Assembly: GCF_028464065.1 (NCBI RefSeq)
Contig: NZ_CP116808.1
Coordinates: 1,135,886 to 1,199,885, forward strand
Length of the DNA stretch: 64,000 nucleotides
Direction: 5' to 3'
Source: Saprospira sp. CCB-QB6
GTDB taxonomy: Bacteria; Bacteroidota; Bacteroidia; Chitinophagales; Saprospiraceae
Shown: positions 19,438-27,751 of the stretch, piece by piece
How positions within the stretch are numbered: the first letter of the stretch is position 1
How the letters are laid out: the number at the start of each line of letters is the position of its first letter
The notes under the pieces: generated by a model
Seen by the model: the letters and a program-made list of their open reading frames with translations, nothing else
What the model was told of the DNA's origin: nothing
Databases searched by the model: none
Program-made: the position numbers and the translations under genes

Positions 19438-19568
19438 CATTGGCTGAGGGATGGAAAGCAGTGGCCGCAGGCCAGACCGAGGCGCTTTGCGCCGAAGGGC
19501 CGAGCGAATAGCGAGCTGCGACAACCAGCCCGCCGCAAGGGCCAAAGGCCCGCAGCGGAGGCCCCAAA
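19438..19568 (-). repeat. GC-rich structured interspersed element, copy 9 (hybrid: subfamily-II 5' part, subfamily-I 3' part)
   Basis: cattGGCTGAGGGATGGaaagcagtggccgcaggccagacc...GGCCGAGCGAATAGCGAGC...gcagcggaggccccAAA; head-to-head with copy 8. Confidence 0.85.
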
Positions 19569-20512
19569 TTATCGCCTTTATTATTGCCTTATTGCTGCCT
19601 GTATTGGGCTATGCCCAGCCCGTCGTCACCTTTTCTGCCGATAGCACCGAGCTTTTGATTGGAGACCAATTGACGGCCAAAATGCGCTTGGAGAGTCGAG
19701 AAGAATTGCTGGTGCGCTTGCCCAATCCCACGGAATATTGGGATAATAAATCGGTGGAAATCATTCGGCTTTCGGAGCAATTGGAGGAAACTAGCCCTGA
19801 GGGCCTCAATAGTTTTGAGAAAAAAATTACGCTGACTTTTTGGGATACGGGCCATTATCAGTTGCCTGATTTACCTTTTGTCTATCAAAAAGATGGAAAA
19901 GTAGACAGCATTTGGGTACAGGTTCCGATGATTCTGGTGAAATTTCCGGCAGGTATTCGGGGCGATTCTACTTATATGGCCCCCATTAAGGATATTATGG
20001 AGGAACCTCAGAGTTTTATGGAAAAACTGCTCGAATGGTTCTTTACTTATTTGCCCATTATTGCGGTGATTCTGCTGATCTTCTTTTTGGGTGGTTTGGG
20101 CTTTTTGGCTTATCTGCTGTACAAAAAGGCGCAGGAGCGCAAGGGACGAAAATCCCCAGAGCAACTGGCTCGTATGGAATTAGAGCGGCTTTTGGCCAAG
20201 GAGCATTTGGAGCGAAACGAGTGGGCGGACTATCACACGGGCATAAGTTGGATTATTCGCACTTATTTGCATCGTCGATTTAAAATTAAGGCATTAGAGG
20301 CGACGACCAATCAGCTTTTGGCTCAGGTGAGTTACGATCAGTTGGAGCAAACCTTAATTTTGGACCTTCGAGAAGTTTTGGAGACGGCGGATTTGGTCAA
20401 ATATGCCAAAGCCTCTCCCTTGGCCGCAGCTAATGATTTTGCCTTAAAATTTATTCATAAAATGTTGGAATATGTAGAGCAGCAGGAAGCGCTCCGCAAT
20501 AGTTCAAATTAA
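19451..20512 (+). CDS. Bat-operon membrane protein (signal peptide, central TM helix; BatX/DUF4381-like); true start uncertain
   Basis: Mature-like signal IIAFIIALLLPVLGYAQP begins at about 19569 immediately after element copy 9 with no in-frame ATG/GTG; the only upstream ATG (19451) lies inside the element. Confidence 0.55.
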   Translation: MESSGRRPDRGALRRRAERIASCDNQPAARAKGPQRRPQIIAFIIALLLPVLGYAQPVVTFSADSTELLIGDQLTAKMRLESREELLVRLPNPTEYWDNKSVEIIRLSEQLEETSPEGLNSFEKKITLTFWDTGHYQLPDLPFVYQKDGKVDSIWVQVPMILVKFPAGIRGDSTYMAPIKDIMEEPQSFMEKLLEWFFTYLPIIAVILLIFFLGGLGFLAYLLYKKAQERKGRKSPEQLARMELERLLAKEHLERNEWADYHTGISWIIRTYLHRRFKIKALEATTNQLLAQVSYDQLEQTLILDLREVLETADLVKYAKASPLAAANDFALKFIHKMLEYVEQQEALRNSSN

Positions 20513-20520
20513 GCTAGAGC

Positions 20521-21522
20521 ATGTCCGATCTTTCATCTATTATTTTTGCACAAGCTTGGGTCTTGCTTCTTTTGCCCTTATTGCCTTTCCTTTGGTATTG
20601 GCGAAAACGGACCCATTATTATGCAGATCTAGAGTTATCTTCTACGGCAGGTTTGGGCCAAACCCAGAGCTGGCGCAGTCGTTTGCGTCCGTTATTGCCT
20701 TGGTTACAAATTTTGGTCTTAGCCCTGTTAGTTTTGGCCCTAGCTCGTCCCCAAAAAGTATTGGTCAAAGAGAGCATCAAGGCTGATGGGATAGATATTG
20801 TTGTCGCCTTAGATGTATCGAGTAGTATGTTGGCTCGTGACTTCAAGGAAGATCGTTTGGATGCTTCAAAGCGGGTTGTTCAAAGTTTTGTTGATCAGCG
20901 GCCTTATGATCGTTTGGGGCTTGTTCTTTTTGCGGGTCGCAGTTATACACAATGTCCATTAACCACAGATCATGGCATGCTCAAGCAGTTGATTAGTCGG
21001 GTAGAATGCGGCTTAATTGAAGAGGGCACGGCCATTGGGATGGGCTTGGCCAATGCGGTGCGTCGTTTACAAAAAAGCCAAGTTAAAAGTAAAGTCATTA
21101 TCTTATTGACAGATGGCGTTAATAATGCGGGACGGATTCCGCCTTTACAAGCGGTAGAAGCCGCCAAAAAGCTGGGCATTAAAGTCTATACGATTGGCGT
21201 AGGGACCAGAGGGCGGGCCTTGGCGCCCATTTACCGCAAAGCCAATGGCAGCTTTGTCTTTAGTCCAACAGAAGTAGAAATTGACGAACAGCTCTTGCAG
21301 CAGATTGCGCAGAGCACCAACGGCCTTTACTTTCGGGCCACAGATGAAAAAAGCTTAGAGAAAATTTACGCTCAGATTGACAAATTGGAGCGTTCAAAAA
21401 TTGAGAAAGAGACCTTTACTCGTCATAAAGAGCTTTATCATTATTTTCTATTTTTAGCGGTTCTTATGCTGCTGCTTCATCTTATTCTTCAACAAACCGT
21501 ATTGCGTAGCATCGTCCAATAG
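20521..21522 (+). CDS. batA: BatA aerotolerance protein (vWA domain, N-terminal TM)
   Basis: vWA MIDAS VALDVSSSM; TDGVNNAG; C-terminal TM; operon position after the MoxR/DUF58 genes. Confidence 0.85.
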   Translation: MSDLSSIIFAQAWVLLLLPLLPFLWYWRKRTHYYADLELSSTAGLGQTQSWRSRLRPLLPWLQILVLALLVLALARPQKVLVKESIKADGIDIVVALDVSSSMLARDFKEDRLDASKRVVQSFVDQRPYDRLGLVLFAGRSYTQCPLTTDHGMLKQLISRVECGLIEEGTAIGMGLANAVRRLQKSQVKSKVIILLTDGVNNAGRIPPLQAVEAAKKLGIKVYTIGVGTRGRALAPIYRKANGSFVFSPTEVEIDEQLLQQIAQSTNGLYFRATDEKSLEKIYAQIDKLERSKIEKETFTRHKELYHYFLFLAVLMLLLHLILQQTVLRSIVQ

Positions 21523-21529
21523 TTTTATT

Positions 21530-22540
21530 ATGCAGTTTGAATCTCCCAGTTTGCTGGCCCTACTAGTCTGCATTCCCCTAATTATCATTCTTTTTATTAG
21601 GGCGCAGCGGGTCAATGCCCAAATTCGGGCGCGTTTTGGCAGTTGGGCTGCTTTTCAGCGGATGATCCCTGCTTTTGCTCCTGGGCGAAACAGGCTCAAG
21701 TTTGCTTTGGCTAGCTTGGCCCTCAGTCTTATGATTTTGGCTTGGGCCAACCCAAGAATGGGAAGTCGGAGCCGTAAAGTAGAGCGGGCTGGCGTAGATG
21801 TTTATTTGGCGCTGGACCTTTCTCGGAGTATGTGGGCCAAGGATGTACAACCTAAGGGATTGGACCGTTTAGAAAAGGCTCGTTTGTTTAGCTTAGAGCT
21901 CTTGCAAGGGTTAGCCAATAATCGAGTGGGACTCATCTTCTTTGCAGGAGAAGCCTTTTTGCAAATGCCTTTGACCTTAGATCATAGTTCGGCTCAGGTT
22001 TTCCTTTATAATGGTTTGGAAGAGGTTGAATTGGTACAGGGAAGTACGCCTGAAAAAGTATTAGAATTGGTCCAGAAATCGGAAATTCAACCAGATGGCA
22101 AACAGCATCAGAAAGCAGTTGTTTTTGTTACTGATGGAGAAGAGCATAACCCCAAAGCCTTGGAAGCGGCCAAACAGGCCCGCCAAAATGGCATTTTTAC
22201 TTATACGATTAGTGTAGGCTCTAGTCAAGGGGCCAAAATTCCTTTGCAAAGAGAAAATGAGTTAGGTTTTCACCAAGATAAGCGAGGAGAGGAAGTGGTA
22301 ACCGCCACCAATAAAAAGATGTTGGCCGAATTGGCCCAAGTGGGCGGCGGCAGAGCCTTTGATATTGACCAAGGGAAAAATATTTTGCCCGCCTTGCTCC
22401 AAGATTTTAAAAAGCTGGAGCAGCAGGAATTTGATGAACTACAATATGATGATTTTGATAGCTATTATCAATATTTGTTGGCTCCTGCCCTACTCTTCCT
22501 CTTCTTTGAGTTTTTTCTGGCCTACCGTAAAAAATCATAA
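21530..22540 (+). CDS. batB: BatB aerotolerance protein (vWA domain)
   Basis: LALDLSRSMWAKD MIDAS; VFVTDGEEHN; terminal TM helix. Confidence 0.85.
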   Translation: MQFESPSLLALLVCIPLIIILFIRAQRVNAQIRARFGSWAAFQRMIPAFAPGRNRLKFALASLALSLMILAWANPRMGSRSRKVERAGVDVYLALDLSRSMWAKDVQPKGLDRLEKARLFSLELLQGLANNRVGLIFFAGEAFLQMPLTLDHSSAQVFLYNGLEEVELVQGSTPEKVLELVQKSEIQPDGKQHQKAVVFVTDGEEHNPKALEAAKQARQNGIFTYTISVGSSQGAKIPLQRENELGFHQDKRGEEVVTATNKKMLAELAQVGGGRAFDIDQGKNILPALLQDFKKLEQQEFDELQYDDFDSYYQYLLAPALLFLFFEFFLAYRKKS

Positions 22541-22543
22541 GCG

Positions 22544-23161
22544 ATGAGAATAATTATTTTTTTTCTGCTAGCGCTGCCCTTTGGGCTATTGGCCCAAGAA
22601 TCTTCTCGTAAGAATCTAATTGAGGGGAATAAATACTATCGCTCTGGAGAGCAAGAAAAGGCGGGACAAAGTTATCAGAAGGCGCTGCAAACGGACCAAA
22701 ACAATAGTAAGGCTTGGTATAATCTGGGCAATGTATTATATAATGCTCAAAATTATGAAGAAGCCGTAGAGCATTATAAACAAGCCATTCAGCAGGCAGA
22801 AAACCCTGAGATTGAAGCTAGGGCCTACCACAATTTAGGCAATGTTTACGCTAAAGAACAAAAGCTAAAAGAAGCGGTAGAATCCTATAAAAATGCGCTG
22901 CGCATTCGGCCCAAAGATGTAGAGACCAAACACAACTTGGCCCAGGTACTGCGGACCATCAAGCAGCAGCAGCCCCCTCCCCCCAAGCCCAAAGATGACG
23001 AAAAGAAAGAACAAGAAGAACAAGAATCTCCCCCTCCAGATGAAATGTCGAAAGATGAGGTGGAACGCATGATGGAGATGATTGAGAAAGAAGATAAAGA
23101 CACCCAAAAGGAAAAGAAAAAGCAACCTAAAAATCGCCAAAATCCAGAAAAAGACTGGTAA
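22544..23161 (+). CDS. batC: BatC aerotolerance protein (TPR repeats plus acidic/lysine-rich tail)
   Basis: TPR-like AWYNLGNVLYNAQNYEEAVEHYKQAIQ repeats; low-complexity KE-rich C-terminus. Confidence 0.8.
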   Translation: MRIIIFFLLALPFGLLAQESSRKNLIEGNKYYRSGEQEKAGQSYQKALQTDQNNSKAWYNLGNVLYNAQNYEEAVEHYKQAIQQAENPEIEARAYHNLGNVYAKEQKLKEAVESYKNALRIRPKDVETKHNLAQVLRTIKQQQPPPPKPKDDEKKEQEEQESPPPDEMSKDEVERMMEMIEKEDKDTQKEKKKQPKNRQNPEKDW

Positions 23162-23243
23162 GCAAATTGTATTTATAATGAGCTGGAGGCCTAGACAGGC
23201 GGCTCCAAGATGTTATTCTTCATTTTTAAATTCAACTGCATAA

Positions 23244-24007
23244 TGAAAACGCTTTTTAGTACTTTGATGGGGCTATTTTTGGCCCTTGGGCTGCAGGCCC
23301 AAATGCCCAGCATTTCTTTGGAAATTCCTTATGATACGGTAGGAACCGAAGATGTTTTTCAATTGCACTACCATATTCAAAATGGGGGGCAAGTAGATTT
23401 CCAACAACCCAACTTTATTGATTTTGAGGTAATTGGCACATCTAGTAGTAGCCAAACTTCTATTATCAATGGGCAGAAAAGCAGCAAAACGACCTATAGT
23501 TTTAGCCTAAAGGCCCGTTATGCGGGTTATTTGGCCCTACCTGCGGCTACGGCCCTTATTGATGGACAGAGCTATAGCAGTCCCAATGGTTCTGTATTCG
23601 TGGTAGAGGGTCCATTGAGAGGAAATGGCCAAAAAGGCAATTTCTTTGGCTTCTCGCCTTTCTCTGAAGAGTCTCCTTTTGGTCAGGGGTTTAATATGCA
23701 GCCCGATGATTTCAATTTGGACAACTTCAACCTAGATCAATTTAATTTTGACAATTTTGATATGCAGGGTTTTGGCAACTTGAGTGATGCCAAAATGCAA
23801 GAATTGATGCAGCGGCAGCAAGAGCTCATGCAGCGTTATCTGCAAAATCCCGACTCCTTGCTCAAGCAACTCGATCCGCAACTTAGAAATATGGACCAAG
23901 AATTTGAGCAGCTTTTCCGCCAAATGGAGGATCAGTTTCCAGGTTTGTTGGGGCCCGACAGCCAACCCCAAAAACAACCCAAAGAGCAGAAAACTTATCG
24001 GCTTTAG
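23244..24007 (+). CDS. BatD N-terminal-domain paralog (secreted; low-complexity FNLDNF/QELMQ tail)
   Basis: Signal MKTLFSTLMGLFLALGLQAQ; the first about 130 aa resemble the N-terminal beta-rich region of the downstream BatD; no TM or C-terminal BatD part. Confidence 0.55.
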
Positions 24008-24020
24008 GGAAAAGGGCTTG

Positions 24021-24154
24021 GCCAAGCGCAGGCTGGCCTAGCGATGTGGAAGGGTGGCCCGAAGGGCCAGACCCAGCCGCCGAAGGCGGCGCAGGGCCGA
24101 GCAGAACTGCGAGCCCTGAAACGTAGCGCCGCAGCTTGCTGCGGAGGCCCCAAA
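24021..24154 (-). repeat. GC-rich structured interspersed element, copy 10 (subfamily II)
   Basis: ggcctagcgatgtgg...ggccagacc...GGCCGAGCAGAACTGCGAGCcctgaaacgtagcgccgcagcttgctgcggaggccccAAA. Confidence 0.9.
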
Positions 24155-24195
24155 TCAATATCTAAGTCAACAACTACCAGATTAAATCAGACGTT

Positions 24196-25947
24196 TTGAA
24201 AAGCTACCAACTCAGTTTACTCCTCCTTAGTTTTTGGGCCATGAGCAGCAGCTTATTGGCCCAAAAAATCGCTTTTGTAGCCGACTGCAATGCTTCTAAG
24301 GTCGTGCTGGGCAATGCCTTTAGAGTCTCTTTTCGGCTAGAAAATGCAGAAATTAAAAAGATTCGATTTCCCGATTTTGAAGGCTTGGGATTTCAGATTG
24401 TGGAAGGGCCTGTGAATGAAAGCCGCTACACGAATATCAACGGCAACCGCTATACTTTTGAGGCTTATACCTTTAGTTTGGCCCCCAATGCGGAGGGAAA
24501 TTATACGATTGGGCCAGCGGAAGTGACCACTTACAATGGGAAAGTGTTGAAAACCATGCCTGTTAAGATTAAATGTGTGGCTCCAAGTAGTAGCAATGTC
24601 CAAAGCCTCAATGACCACAATTTGCCTAAAGAATTAGCGGGCAAGGTGCTTTTTCGGCTAGAATGTGAACATGATTCGGCTGTTGTAGGCGAGCAAATTC
24701 GCCTCAACTACAAGGTGTATACTCAAATTGACATCTCCAATATTGAGTTGGTCAAGGAGCCAGAATTTCCCTCTATGTACACCAAAGAATATCGGTTCTT
24801 TGATAAAGAAGCAAGAGTGGAGGTCATCAATGGGCAGCAATATGCCACAAAAATCATCTACTCGATGGGGGTTTTTCCCTCCAAAAATGGCGAGCTAAGC
24901 ATTCCTCCTGCAGAAATTCTAATCAGTGTGGGCCGCCAAGATCCTCGCAACCCTTTTGCCAGCCGAAAGCTCAAGCAATACCCCTTACTCAGTCTGCCCA
25001 AAACGATCCCCGTTCGCTCACTTTCGGGCCAAGATAAAGATTATACGGGAGCTGTGGGCGAGTATGATTTAGAGCTTTATCTGGAAAAGGATAAAATTAC
25101 GACCGATGAAGCCCTAGAGCTCGTCATGCGCATTCGGGGTTTAGGCGATATTAAACCCATCACGGCTCCGCCCGTCCATTTTGAAGATGGACAATTTAAT
25201 ATTTTAGAGGTCACTCAAAAAGAAGATATTCGGGAAGGTGGCCGTGGCCTTGGTGGAGAAAAAACCTTCACCTATAAAATTGATCCGCAGGAAGTGGGCA
25301 ATTTGAGCTTGCGCCCCAGTTTTGTTTACTTTGATGTGCGCGACCGAAAACTGATTCACATAGATACCAACATAAATATTCAGGTGAGTCAAGGGAAACG
25401 CATTCTCAACAAGGAAGTGGCCGAAAAAGCCATAGATAGCAGTCAGGTCTTAAGTATGCAAGCCCCTTTGAAAACGGCTAGTTGGCGAGCTTATCCCCGT
25501 CCGTTTTTTGGTAGTTATAGCTTTTATTTACTCAGTTTACTGCCCCTTTTGGCCTTTGCAGGAGCCTATGTTTTCATTTTGGGCCGTCAAAAAAGTCAAG
25601 AAATTAAAGAAAAACAAGCCCTCAAACGCGCCCCTTACCAACATGCTCAAGAGCAGCTAGATTTGGCCAAAACTGCGTTGAAAACAGATACCGTAGGCGA
25701 TTTCTACCGCGCCATTGAAGAAGCCCTCAAAGGCTATTTGGGGATGCAACTAGAAGTTCCCTTAGGCGAACGCAGTAAAGAACGCTTGCAATCATTATTG
25801 CCCGAAAAAGAAGCCCGTGAACTAGGCGAAATCCTTGAACATTGCGAGCAAGCTCTTTTTGCGGGACAATCCCCCCATAAAACAATGGAAGAGCAGCTCA
25901 AGCATAGCCAAAAACTCATTAAACAACTCGAAAAACGCCTTGCCTAA
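24196..25947 (+). CDS. batD: BatD aerotolerance protein
   Basis: 583 aa, signal peptide, beta-rich N-terminal half, TM helix (FYLLSLLPLLAFAGAYVFIL), C-terminal helical domain; operon context. Confidence 0.8.
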   Translation: MKSYQLSLLLLSFWAMSSSLLAQKIAFVADCNASKVVLGNAFRVSFRLENAEIKKIRFPDFEGLGFQIVEGPVNESRYTNINGNRYTFEAYTFSLAPNAEGNYTIGPAEVTTYNGKVLKTMPVKIKCVAPSSSNVQSLNDHNLPKELAGKVLFRLECEHDSAVVGEQIRLNYKVYTQIDISNIELVKEPEFPSMYTKEYRFFDKEARVEVINGQQYATKIIYSMGVFPSKNGELSIPPAEILISVGRQDPRNPFASRKLKQYPLLSLPKTIPVRSLSGQDKDYTGAVGEYDLELYLEKDKITTDEALELVMRIRGLGDIKPITAPPVHFEDGQFNILEVTQKEDIREGGRGLGGEKTFTYKIDPQEVGNLSLRPSFVYFDVRDRKLIHIDTNINIQVSQGKRILNKEVAEKAIDSSQVLSMQAPLKTASWRAYPRPFFGSYSFYLLSLLPLLAFAGAYVFILGRQKSQEIKEKQALKRAPYQHAQEQLDLAKTALKTDTVGDFYRAIEEALKGYLGMQLEVPLGERSKERLQSLLPEKEARELGEILEHCEQALFAGQSPHKTMEEQLKHSQKLIKQLEKRLA

Positions 25948-26711
25948 TGCTACGCCTTTTTAGCCTCATTTTGCTCCTTGCCGTAGCCAGCCCAAGCTGG
26001 GCCCAACTGCCCGATAGCTTGGCCAAACAGTTTGCCATTGGCTATGCCCATTACGAAAAAGGAGAGTATGAAAAAGCCCTTTCAGCCTATCAAAAGGCCG
26101 TTTTACCTGGCTATTGCTCGGCCGAATTGCAAAATAACTTGGGCCTAACCTACGAGAAATTAGGCCAATATGGCCCAGCCGTGCTCGCCTTTGAACGCGC
26201 CCTTTTTTGCCAACCCCAATTTGCCGCCGCTCAAGCTAATTTGACCGCTATTTCAGGCAAATTAAGCCGCCCCAAACAAGCCGAAAAAGCAGCTTTTGTC
26301 TTTCGGACCTGGGATAATCTAGCCGCTGGACTCGGCAGTCATTTTTGGGCCTATAGCTTTCTATTTTTTCTCTTTTTGGCCGCAGGCAGCCTCGCTTATT
26401 TCCTTTTTGGTCAAAAAAAACAAGGCAAAAGCTGGTTGATCGTTCTCTTCAGCCTGCTGCTCGCCTTTTTCAGCTTTCTCCTTAGCCGCCGCGCCAATTA
26501 TCTACAATTTGGCCGCCAATGGGCCGTCGTCCTAAGCGAAGAAGCCGCTATTTTAGACAGCCCTTCCATAAAAGGCCAAGAAGTAGAACTGCTCGGCAGC
26601 GGAAATAAAGCCCTCATCTTAGAAGAAAAAGAAGATTGGTATTATGTTCGCTTGCCCAATGCCGTACAAGGCTGGATTTCGGCCAAATTACTAGAAAAAG
26701 TAGCTTCCTAA
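25947..26711 (+). CDS. batE: BatE-like protein (TPR repeat plus TM plus C-terminal SH3b domain)
   Basis: TPR (YEKGEYEKALSAYQKAV, NLGLTYEKLGQYGPAVLAFERAL), TM helices, SH3b-like EDWYYVRLPNAVQGWISAKLLE. Confidence 0.75.
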   Translation: MLRLFSLILLLAVASPSWAQLPDSLAKQFAIGYAHYEKGEYEKALSAYQKAVLPGYCSAELQNNLGLTYEKLGQYGPAVLAFERALFCQPQFAAAQANLTAISGKLSRPKQAEKAAFVFRTWDNLAAGLGSHFWAYSFLFFLFLAAGSLAYFLFGQKKQGKSWLIVLFSLLLAFFSFLLSRRANYLQFGRQWAVVLSEEAAILDSPSIKGQEVELLGSGNKALILEEKEDWYYVRLPNAVQGWISAKLLEKVAS

Positions 26712-26716
26712 TTTTA

Positions 26717-26850
26717 TTTTGGGGCCTCCGCAGCAAAGCTGCGGCGCTACGTTCCGGGGCTCGCTATTCGCTCGGCCCTTCGCAAAAAACAAGTTTTTGC
26801 TCGGTCTGGCCTACGGCCACCCCTACACATCGCTAGGCCAATTGGACCAA
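26717..26850 (+). repeat. GC-rich structured interspersed element, copy 11 (subfamily II)
   Basis: TTTTGGGGCCTCCGCagcaaagctgcgGCGCTACGTTCCGGGGCTCGCTATTCGCTCGGCC...GGTCTGGCCtacggccaCCCCTACACATCGCTAGGCCAATTGGACCAA. Confidence 0.9.
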
Positions 26851-26898
26851 CTGCGCTTTCACCAAAAAGAAACAAGACCTCTTAAAATACTTATCATC

Positions 26899-27627
26899 AT
26901 GAAAAATATCTTCTCTTTGAGCCTCCTGGCTCTAGTCATGCTTTTTAGCTTTAGCAGCTGCGACAGCCTACAATCGGCCCTAGACGAGGCCTCAAAACTA
27001 AATGGCGGAACAGCGGCACTCACGCAGGCCCAAATTGGCGAAGGCCTCAAACAAGCCCTAAAACAGGGCGCTAGCAAAGGCGCTAGCCAACTGGCCGCCA
27101 AAGACGGCTTTTTCAAAAATCCTTCGGTTAAAATTCTATTTCCAGATGAGGCCAAACAAGTAGAAAGCCGCCTCCGTGCCCTAGGCGCTGGCAGCCTAGT
27201 CGATGACGCCATCGAAAAGCTCAACCGCTCAGCCGAAGATGCTTCTAAATCAGCCAAAGACATTTTTGTTAAAGCCATTACACAAATGACTATTCAAGAT
27301 GCCACTAATATCTTGATGGGCGACAAAGATGCTTGTACCAGCTACCTCAAAAAAACAACCTCTACCCAATTGTATCAAAGCTTCCAACCTGTAATTAAAA
27401 ACTCATTGAATAAAACAGGTGCATTGAATGCTTGGACCAATGTAATGACTCGCTACAATAAAATTCCCTTGGTCCAGAAAGTAAACCCTGATTTAGATGA
27501 CCATGTGACCAATAAAGCCATGGAAGGCCTATTCAAAATGGTAGAAAAAGAAGAAGCAAACATCCGCGCCAATCCAGTAGCTCGCGCTACAGACCTTATG
27601 AAAAAGGTTTTTGCCAAACAAGATTAG
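26899..27627 (+). CDS. DUF4197-like lipoprotein
   Basis: MKNIFSLSLLALVMLFSFSSC lipobox; the ORF-track start (26719) is an extension through element copy 11. Confidence 0.65.
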   Translation: MKNIFSLSLLALVMLFSFSSCDSLQSALDEASKLNGGTAALTQAQIGEGLKQALKQGASKGASQLAAKDGFFKNPSVKILFPDEAKQVESRLRALGAGSLVDDAIEKLNRSAEDASKSAKDIFVKAITQMTIQDATNILMGDKDACTSYLKKTTSTQLYQSFQPVIKNSLNKTGALNAWTNVMTRYNKIPLVQKVNPDLDDHVTNKAMEGLFKMVEKEEANIRANPVARATDLMKKVFAKQD

Positions 27628-27663
27628 TAGCCTTTTTAGCGGCTCCTTACGTTAGTAAAAAGA

Positions 27664-27696
27664 GAAGTCAGTTGATCCTCAGCTGACTTCTTTTTT
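27664..27696 (+). terminator. Rho-independent terminator
   Basis: gaagtcag-ttgatcctc-agctgacttc plus T6. Confidence 0.7.
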
Positions 27697-27751
27697 GTTA
27701 CTTTTGAGCCTGTTGGACCAAAATGGTCGACCCTAGCCTAAAAATATAATT

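Noticed and set aside
22865-23140. 91-aa and 72-aa ORFs antisense to batC
   Set aside because: They are low-complexity F/L/G-rich reverse-strand reading of the KE-rich BatC tail.
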